From: an uncultured Chlamydiae bacterium
GTDB taxonomy: Bacteria; Chlamydiota; Chlamydiia; Chlamydiales; JAJFMA01
Length of the DNA: 64,000 bases
Reading direction: 5' to 3'
Assembly: GCA_963713615.1 (NCBI GenBank)
Contig: CAVQMM010000001.1
Span: 3,776,001-3,840,000, forward strand
The position numbers were made by a program, and so were the translations under genes. The notes under the pieces were generated by a model, which worked only from the letters and a program-made list of their open reading frames with translations, had not been told where the DNA came from and did no database searches. Numbering within the stretch: position 1 is the stretch's first letter; each line of letters opens with the position of its first letter. Shown here piece by piece: positions 56,805-64,000 of this stretch.

Positions 56805-59045
56805 ATGAGACGGCGAGAAGAAGATAGTACGTCAAACTTGACGATCGTTGATGCGGTGGAAACGCTCTCTAATATTGCCGATCTCGATCCCGAGAGAGAC
56901 ATTGGAGCAGCGGAAAAAAATGACGTGGTCGTATTGGGCAAGTCATTTACATACCGTACTGTGCACTGGTTGCAACAAACTGACGCGGACACCACCCTAG
57001 ATGTCATAAAAGACACATTTCGCGTAGTGCTGCGTTACCTACGTAGTTTTTACAAGGAAGAATATGGCTACCTGACGGATGCCCAAACGGTCGAGGGCAT
57101 TAAGACGATCATGGTATTAGTTGGTGAAGCTGCGAAGAAGTTAGATCGTTTTACCAAGTTATTCCATGGTGCCAAGGCGGCCAGTGTCACGAACCTTAAG
57201 GAATACAAACAACTCCAAGAGTTTTACCAAAAGCGCATTGCTCGCAAGATCGATGAAGGGACGCTCGGCAAGTGGGTATTGGCCCTGACGGCTCCGCGAG
57301 TGTCTAAAGATGCAACAGCAACCGCTGATGCAGTCGGCATTCATGATGAAACGCGCAAAGTCTTTGTTGATTTAGATGTGGTCAAGAAAGACATCGAGTA
57401 TGAGTTATTCTTTTTGCGAAAAGACGATGGTACGCGCTTCTTTAGCCCCTCTTTGTTGCGAAATGTGCGGTTAGTTTGCGATTTTGGCGACTATTTTGGC
57501 GAAGATAAAAGAGATGATCCCCTTGGACGACTGGATATCTGGCAAGACTGGATGTATCAGATTTCCGCTCGTAGTATCCTGCGCGTTGTTAAAAATGATG
57601 CGGACGACTTTTACCGTCATTTCGCTGGCGATCACTCTCAGGCACTGGTTTCGACGGTAAATTATGCCCTGATGGCATTATTGATGGCGGCGAATCCTCG
57701 TAATTTATCGCGCAATCGTCCTGTGAAGAGTTGCACAAAGTACTATGTTGACTTTCAGAACTTTTTAAGAGAGGCATTGACCTCTCTCGAATACCAGAAA
57801 TTGGTTACGTACCCACCGCGTAAAACGAATAGGTTGGCTTGGAGCCTTGTGAATACAATCAATACCCTCTGCGATGGATTGTATATGGATGGTGTTGGCT
57901 ACAGCGAGATGGCACCAGTGATCACGAGTTTAGTGGAAAAAGCCCGTCAGGTAGCGCAGCAGGGAGATGAAGATGAAGACATAAGTGATGCACGAACCTG
58001 GTGGGAATTGATCGCTAGCGACTATGCTGCGATGGGTAAGTTGATGCGCCGCCACCCTAATGGCCCTTTGTATAAGGTTTTGGAGTATCTAAAAGAAGAT
58101 GGTCATCAATTCTTCGATCCCATTGTACAGAACAATATTCCTAATCGTTGGTATGACCTGCAAGTTGGAGAGTCCATCATCGAAAACGTGCGATTGCCGT
58201 CTCCAATTCGGCAAGATTTCATTCATAAAGCTGTTGTGAATGACGAATTCAAGGCAGCTCTTCGCAACTACAAAGAAACTCATGAGCGTGGACATTTGCT
58301 GTTCAATTTGGAGGACAGCACTTCCTGGCTAGAGCATAGCCGCTGCGAAGTGTTAGAGCGGCTGCAAGACAAGGGAGACTTTGCCAACCACCTTAGGGTG
58401 GTAACATTCGCGACGAACACGGATTTTTATAACCAAACAGCCCCCTATCATGAAGCTAGCCATGCCGATGTGTTCATGGAACAGCTTAAGGACCAAATCA
58501 CCGGTGAGGGAGGTGGATATTTCTTTCCAGAGTCGATGCGAGAAGTCTTATTCACATCGTTTTTACCTCAATTGGTCAACGGTCTTCATGAAATGTTTTT
58601 TGGAGGTAAGAATACTCTTGTAAGACGTGAACGTTTGGATTTTATCCAGCTGGTTCAGCTGCTTTTGGCGTTGAAGATTATCGAATTGATCAAGCCCGAA
58701 ACCTTTAGCTTCACCTGTAAAGATGGTGTGGACTGTGGTAGTGCGTTTAGCGCGATGGTTTTTGCGTGTCTTAAGCTCTTCCATGGCGAAGAGATGGATC
58801 AGCGAGATCTGGATTATCTGTATGTGATGTTTTTTGGTCCGGCCTTGATTATACGCGAAAGAACGATGCTGCCAGAACGTTTTAACCGAGCCTTAGGAGC
58901 AATCAAGGTAGTCGCACAGGCTCAGGAGGAGCATGGGATCTCAGCTTTTAGACGAGATCTAGAAAGACATCTGCAACCCCTCTTTGCAACACAGATGTTG
59001 GACGCTGCGATTGCTATACCGCAACCTGTACAAATCCTGTACTAG
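56805..59045 (+). CDS. Large hypothetical protein with a phosphatase-like CKDGVDCG loop (ORF-track start 56781)
   Basis: Uninterrupted ~746-aa ORF followed by a terminator. Confidence 0.8.
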   Translation: MRRREEDSTSNLTIVDAVETLSNIADLDPERDIGAAEKNDVVVLGKSFTYRTVHWLQQTDADTTLDVIKDTFRVVLRYLRSFYKEEYGYLTDAQTVEGIKTIMVLVGEAAKKLDRFTKLFHGAKAASVTNLKEYKQLQEFYQKRIARKIDEGTLGKWVLALTAPRVSKDATATADAVGIHDETRKVFVDLDVVKKDIEYELFFLRKDDGTRFFSPSLLRNVRLVCDFGDYFGEDKRDDPLGRLDIWQDWMYQISARSILRVVKNDADDFYRHFAGDHSQALVSTVNYALMALLMAANPRNLSRNRPVKSCTKYYVDFQNFLREALTSLEYQKLVTYPPRKTNRLAWSLVNTINTLCDGLYMDGVGYSEMAPVITSLVEKARQVAQQGDEDEDISDARTWWELIASDYAAMGKLMRRHPNGPLYKVLEYLKEDGHQFFDPIVQNNIPNRWYDLQVGESIIENVRLPSPIRQDFIHKAVVNDEFKAALRNYKETHERGHLLFNLEDSTSWLEHSRCEVLERLQDKGDFANHLRVVTFATNTDFYNQTAPYHEASHADVFMEQLKDQITGEGGGYFFPESMREVLFTSFLPQLVNGLHEMFFGGKNTLVRRERLDFIQLVQLLLALKIIELIKPETFSFTCKDGVDCGSAFSAMVFACLKLFHGEEMDQRDLDYLYVMFFGPALIIRERTMLPERFNRALGAIKVVAQAQEEHGISAFRRDLERHLQPLFATQMLDAAIAIPQPVQILY

Positions 59046-59077
59046 GGTAGACGAATTATGAACTGAGGCTCGTGTGG

Positions 59078-59111
59078 AGCAGCCTGTCATGTGAATGACA
59101 GGCTGCTTTTT
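59078..59111 (+). terminator. Intrinsic terminator
   Basis: agcagcctgtcat-gtga-atgacaggctgct followed by tttt. Confidence 0.85.
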
Positions 59112-59181
59112 GTGCTGAACAAGCGATATGCATTCACAATCGCCTGTCCAGCTATATACCACGCGTGGTATATTCTAGAGA

Positions 59182-59532
59182 TCACTGTCGGCCATAATTG
59201 AGACAAGCCTGATTTGTGCAACCACCATCAAAATATTCGTGGTACGCCTGTCCACAAACAGAGCAACTTACCTATTCATGTGCATAATTAGACAAGTCGC
59301 ATGAATAATGTCCTAAGTCATCGGTGAAAATGGCATTGACCTGCAAGAATTGACGATTCCAATAAATGTACATTCCATCTTTTGTGAGATGAATTTGATC
59401 AGGTGAAATGTCGATGCGGTGCATACCGCTATTAAGATTATCGACGACAGATTCATGAGTATGTTCCGACGCAAAGCCCGAAAAAGGAATTGCCAATAGT
59501 GACATACAGACTAGACCCAATATTGTGCGCAT
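59182..59532 (-). pseudogene. Small exported protein with a Cys-rich tail, interrupted by an in-frame TAG at 59272-59274
   Basis: Signal peptide; the frame continues *VSCSVCGQAYHEYFDGGCTNQACLNYGRQ* to TGA at 59182. Confidence 0.65.
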
Positions 59533-59682
59533 ACTGTCTCCTTAGTGACGTTAGGTTAAACAAATTCAAGAATATTATTTCACATGTTGCGAAAATCGGT
59601 CAAGTTTTACCTATATCAGAGGATATCAGAGGCTTTCCCGCTGTGCGGGAATTTTGAGAACTTTTACAGAGCTCCATTTAAA

Positions 59683-59842
59683 GGCCTTATTCACCTTTGC
59701 GGTCAGTTTTCGGTCGACTGCAAAAGGATCGTCTGTCGCGTTTTGCTCCTCGGACATGGCTGGCGCTATGCCCTCGTCACAAACCACGACATCCGACCTT
59801 TTTCGTCCGACCGAAATTCTGACCGTAAAGGTGAACAAGGCC
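59683..59842. mobile_element. 160-bp MITE (family A), copy 3
   Basis: Same TIRs; 8-bp TSD catttaaa at 59675-59682 and 59843-59850. Confidence 0.92.
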
Positions 59843-60261
59843 CATTTAAAGATGCCTGTACCCCCCTAGAGTTTTAATGAAACTATTGCTTGTTTAACTC
59901 GTTAAAGAGGTGATTGCAAAATTATTTAATCTTTCGAGAATCGATTCTTGGGAAAAAGAGTTCTCTTTTTTTGAGAGAAGACGACTCTGGAGGGCTCAGA
60001 TGGCTTGGCACTATCCGGTCTCTAGAGACACACGCTTTTACCCCTTACCAGGCCCGAAGGGTCGATCATTCGCTAGGGGTAAAATAGTTTGTACGTACAA
60101 CCTAACCGAATCCCTACAATGCCGTTTAGCAAGCGCTGCGCGCCGAGTGATGATTGTGAGGTCCTAAAGCATTGTAAGATAAGCCCAAAGGGCTTGTTAG
60201 GTTGCCTATGTGGCGATGCCATGGCCTGTTGCAATATCGATCCTAGGAAGGGACTGGCTTC

Positions 60262-61794
60262 TCAAAGGCTATAGACATCATGGTATTTGCTTTCGAGATA
60301 TTTGACATATGGCTCGACGGATATCTTACGGCCGGTGATCCTCTTGATGAGGTCTGGGCTAGAGTAGCAACGGCCATGCCGATGGACATTATCCGTTAAC
60401 CAGTTTCTCACAAAGGCGAAGTCACCTTTTTCGACGCTCTTCTGCCATTTAGGGAAGTCTTTTTCGAATGCCGAAAACAGCATGCCGGCATAGATATTTC
60501 CGAGGCTATAGCTGGGAAAGTAACCAAAAGCGCCCAGAGACCAATGAATATCCTGCAAACATCCCTCAGCATAGTTGCGAGGTGTTATCCCCAGTGACTC
60601 CGTCATCTTAGCATTCCACACTTCGGGAATATCTTTAATTTTGAGTGCTCCCTCGATGAGGGCGAGTTCTATCTCGAAGCGTAGGATAACGTGGAGGGTA
60701 TAGGTAACTTCATCGGCTTCGACACGGATCATCGACGGCTCCACTTTGTTAACGGCGCGATAGACATCGAGAAGGCTGGCCTTTTTAAACTGCTTCGGAA
60801 AGACCTCCTGCATGATGGGTAAGAAGAACCTCCAGAAGGGTTTGCTGAGGCCGATACGTGTTTCCCAGAAACGCGATTGACTTTCATGCATCCCCAGAGA
60901 CACAGCTTCGCCGAGGGGTGATCCATATTCTTCGATGGGAAGACCTTGCTCATAGAGACCGTGGCCAGCTTCATGTAAAACCGCCAAGATACTGCTAGAG
61001 GGATTATTGTGATCAATACGTGTTGTGATTCTACTATCGGTGGGATGCGAGGCATTGGAGAAGGGGTGGGTAGAAATGTCTAATCTGCCGTGGTTGAGGT
61101 CATAGCCTATGGCTTTAAGCAACTGATTGGCCAGGTCGATTTGTTGCGTCGTTTCGAATTTGCCTTGGAGGACCCTGCTGTCTATCGCCTTGGCATGTTG
61201 TATATGTTTTAGGAGCTTTTGGACCGGATTTTTGAGTGTTCCGAAAAGCGGTGTTAGATCTTTAGTAGTCATGTGGGGTTCATAGAGATCCAATAAGGCA
61301 TCGTAGGGATGTTCTTGGTAACCCAACAAGTCGGCTTTTTTGCGGGAGGCATCTACAAGACGTTGTAGCCATGGTGCAAAGTTTTTAAAATCATTGCTGG
61401 AGCGTGCTTGACGCCATACTACTGCGGCATCGGAGGTGAGTTTGGTGAAGTTTCTGACGAATGCTGTAGGCAGCGCGGTAGAGATGCGATAGTCTCGATG
61501 CCATTCGCGCAGGGCGGCTCTTTGGGTTGCTGGTAGGCCTGTGGCCACAATGTTGCCGGTCTTAAGTTCTACAAGCTTAGAAAGGGCTTCGCGGTACTTT
61601 CTACTGGTACGTCGCTCGTGTGCTAACCCGGCTAGCAGCTCGCGCTGCTCGGAGCGTATAGCTGCTGCACCGGTGGGCATATACGTTTCGGTGTCCCACC
61701 CGATATGGCTGGCGATGCCTTCGATGACTTTGGCTTCACGAGAGAGTTCGAAGAGATTCTGGTAATCTTGTTTGGAGTTTGTCTTTGCTTTCAT
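60262..61794 (-). CDS. M32 carboxypeptidase (Taq type)
   Basis: HPF, RITTR, HEAGHGLYEQG, HESQSRFWE, IRVEADEVTY, GCLQDIHWS, GYFPSYSLG. Confidence 0.96.
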   Translation of the reverse strand: MKAKTNSKQDYQNLFELSREAKVIEGIASHIGWDTETYMPTGAAAIRSEQRELLAGLAHERRTSRKYREALSKLVELKTGNIVATGLPATQRAALREWHRDYRISTALPTAFVRNFTKLTSDAAVVWRQARSSNDFKNFAPWLQRLVDASRKKADLLGYQEHPYDALLDLYEPHMTTKDLTPLFGTLKNPVQKLLKHIQHAKAIDSRVLQGKFETTQQIDLANQLLKAIGYDLNHGRLDISTHPFSNASHPTDSRITTRIDHNNPSSSILAVLHEAGHGLYEQGLPIEEYGSPLGEAVSLGMHESQSRFWETRIGLSKPFWRFFLPIMQEVFPKQFKKASLLDVYRAVNKVEPSMIRVEADEVTYTLHVILRFEIELALIEGALKIKDIPEVWNAKMTESLGITPRNYAEGCLQDIHWSLGAFGYFPSYSLGNIYAGMLFSAFEKDFPKWQKSVEKGDFAFVRNWLTDNVHRHGRCYSSPDLIKRITGRKISVEPYVKYLESKYHDVYSL

Positions 61795-61806
61795 GGTAGA
61801 TCCTGT

Positions 61807-64000
61807 TTATTCGTAGATGAAAAGACGTTTGACACGAGGACCAAGGCACGATACTAGTTGGTGCGCTATGGAGTCGATGCTGTTTGCAAGGTCTTCTGGG
61901 GCCAGGAAGTGTCCTAGGGCATCGTGGCCAAATATGAGAACATCGTCGCCGATATTGGCTTGGGCTAGGTCAGTGACGTCTATCATCATATAGTCCATGC
62001 AGATGTTACCGATCATCGGAGCTCTTTGTCCACGGATAAGGACATGTCCTTTGCCGCTGTATTGGCGATGGAGTCCATCGAAATAGCCTAGTGGTAAGAT
62101 GGCTATGACTTCGTGGTCTCGCTTGGCGCGGTAGCTTCTGCCGTACCCGAGCGTCTCGCCCTTATAGATGTGGTTAATGCCTACAATGCGAGAGGTTAGT
62201 GAAACGGCAAGTTTGAGGTCGATAGCTTGACGAGTGGCTGGCGACCCATGAAGACCATAGATGGCCAATCCCACACGAGCCATATTACAGCCGGGAAGGT
62301 GATGTCGGATACTAGCGGCAGAGTTGGCAGCATGGCACCAGGGAATACTAAATCCATCGGCTTCTAGTGTAGAGATTACCTTCTGAAAACTGTGGTACTG
62401 ATGCTGTGTAAAGGCGTCTTCAGCAGGATTTTCGGCACTTGTAAAGTGTGTCATGACCCCTTCTAGCTTCAACATAGGGTAGGAACGAATGTGTTGAGCT
62501 AAGGAAAGGGCATTTTCAGGGCGGCATCCGAACCTTCCCATGCCTGTATCAATATGGAGATGGACTTTGACCGGCCTATCCTGCTTATGTGCTTCCTCTG
62601 CCAGCGCGGTAACGAGGGTAGGCTCGCTAACACCCACCTCAATATCCCATTTTACAGCCTTACTAGCTTCTGACGGTAGCGCATTAAGGGCAAAAACTGC
62701 TTGTGAGACACCCGCACGTTTGAGGTTGATGCCTTCGTCGAGAAAAGCCACCCCCAAGATATCAACGCCGCACAAACGCAGAAATTTGGCCATGCGCACA
62801 TCAGCAGTCCCATATGCCAGTGCTTTAACGACGGCCATGATGCGCATTCCGCTGGGTAAACATTGTCGAATATTTTCAAGATTGAAGCGTACGGCTTCCA
62901 AATTGATGGTACAGATATTTGGAGCGATATCCTCTCCAAAGGCCTCGACAGCTTCATGCAAAGAAGGTTTTCTGGGACCTTTGAGAAGAATGCAGTCATC
63001 AGGCTTAGAGCTGCGCGAGATTTCCTGAAGCGCTTGCCCTAGTGTGCCATAGCAGTCAATAGGGAGCGCTGATTTAGCCTTTAGACTGTCTATAAGCGGT
63101 GTGAAGTCCTCATTGCCAAATAAAACTAGGGCGTCGACAGCACTGTTTCGGATAGCCTCGCCGATGCGTCGATGACTGTTTGGGCTATTGCCTGAACGCA
63201 GGCCGCCAAAAACGAAGATTTTTCGGCTGTTCGGTGGGGATTCGTCTAGACGTCTAAGAGCGATGTCAACCGATTGAGGGTCGGCACTATAGGGACTATT
63301 GATCAGTGTAGCGCCTTTTGAGCTGTGCCACACTTCGGTACGAGTGGTTTCGAAGCGATAGTCTTGCAGGGCTTGGATGACTCGATCCGCTGGAATGGAG
63401 AGTAAATGAGCCGCTTTAGCTGCGATGGTAATAAGCTCTACATGATGGTGTGCACTGTGAGGAAGCCTACCGTTGTAGATGCGGCCATCGGGAAATGTTA
63501 GGGTATAGCCCACCGCATCTGGGGCTTGCTGGTGTGCAACATGGGCATGTGGAAGCTCTGGCGAAGCAATATTCCAATAAACCGGTTGTTTTGAAAAATC
63601 GAGTGCACGCACGGTAGGAACATCTGGAGCTAACAGCCAGCCGTGTGGTGGGAGCTGTGCCGCCAAGGAGAGCTTTTCACGGGCTATTGTTGTGAGGTTT
63701 TGGAGGGATGCTAGGTGTTGCTCGGCAATATTCGTGACGATGACATGGTCCGGGGCTATCATTGTCGCCAGTGCCGCCATTTCGCCCGGCTGGGAAATTC
63801 CCGCTTCAATAATAGCGATTTGGTGCTCCTTGGCAATGCTGAGGAGACTTATAGCGACGCCAATCTGGCTGTTGAAGGACTCTGGAGAAGCTACTGCTCT
63901 GCAGTGGCCTGTGGCTATCAAGAACAGCAGATCTTTAAGCATTGTTTTACCTAAAGAGCCCGTAATAGCCACGACGGTAGCCTTTCGTTGATTGCGATAA
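61807..64000 (-). CDS. alr: Bifunctional MurF ligase / alanine racemase (5' part lies outside the window)
   Basis: AITGSLGKT, SFNSQIGV, EAGISQPGEM (MurF); AVVKALAYG, HIDTGMGRFG, GYFDGL, GNICMD (Alr). Confidence 0.93.
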   Translation of the reverse strand, partial: YRNQRKATVVAITGSLGKTMLKDLLFLIATGHCRAVASPESFNSQIGVAISLLSIAKEHQIAIIEAGISQPGEMAALATMIAPDHVIVTNIAEQHLASLQNLTTIAREKLSLAAQLPPHGWLLAPDVPTVRALDFSKQPVYWNIASPELPHAHVAHQQAPDAVGYTLTFPDGRIYNGRLPHSAHHHVELITIAAKAAHLLSIPADRVIQALQDYRFETTRTEVWHSSKGATLINSPYSADPQSVDIALRRLDESPPNSRKIFVFGGLRSGNSPNSHRRIGEAIRNSAVDALVLFGNEDFTPLIDSLKAKSALPIDCYGTLGQALQEISRSSKPDDCILLKGPRKPSLHEAVEAFGEDIAPNICTINLEAVRFNLENIRQCLPSGMRIMAVVKALAYGTADVRMAKFLRLCGVDILGVAFLDEGINLKRAGVSQAVFALNALPSEASKAVKWDIEVGVSEPTLVTALAEEAHKQDRPVKVHLHIDTGMGRFGCRPENALSLAQHIRSYPMLKLEGVMTHFTSAENPAEDAFTQHQYHSFQKVISTLEADGFSIPWCHAANSAASIRHHLPGCNMARVGLAIYGLHGSPATRQAIDLKLAVSLTSRIVGINHIYKGETLGYGRSYRAKRDHEVIAILPLGYFDGLHRQYSGKGHVLIRGQRAPMIGNICMDYMMIDVTDLAQANIGDDVLIFGHDALGHFLAPEDLANSIDSIAHQLVSCLGPRVKRLFIYE

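Overview
64-kb bacterial chromosomal window, most likely from an environmental member of Chlamydiota. This is inferred from the rsfS-fabF-NUDIX gene order, a class I aldolase, a MurF-Alr fusion and effector-like repeat proteins. Housekeeping genes (glnA type III, nadD, rsfS, fabF, riboflavin synthase, fbaB, dcd, M32 carboxypeptidase, murF/alr, an MdtABC-like RND pump with outer-membrane channel, two tRNA-Ser) are interspersed with accessory DNA. The accessory DNA includes: (i) a 2.2-kb integrase-less mini-island inserted in tRNA-Ser(CGA), bounded by a 74-bp att duplication and carrying a translationally coupled TIGR04255-like / coiled-coil / HNH nuclease trio, which is the best candidate here for an undescribed defence or toxin-antitoxin-chaperone system; (ii) an IS607 element whose TnpB lacks the Zn ribbon and has His at RuvC-III; (iii) an IS66 element with atypical ends and a passenger gene; (iv) a 160-bp MITE in three copies, each with its own 8-bp TSD; (v) several REP/REPIN-like palindromic families nested in intergenic spacers; (vi) putative host-directed proteins (Sel1, MORN paralogues, helical-repeat and orphan proteins), a divergent cytochrome P450, a PEP-CTERM protein and several pseudogenes. 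All calls come from reading the sequence by eye; no database searches were run.
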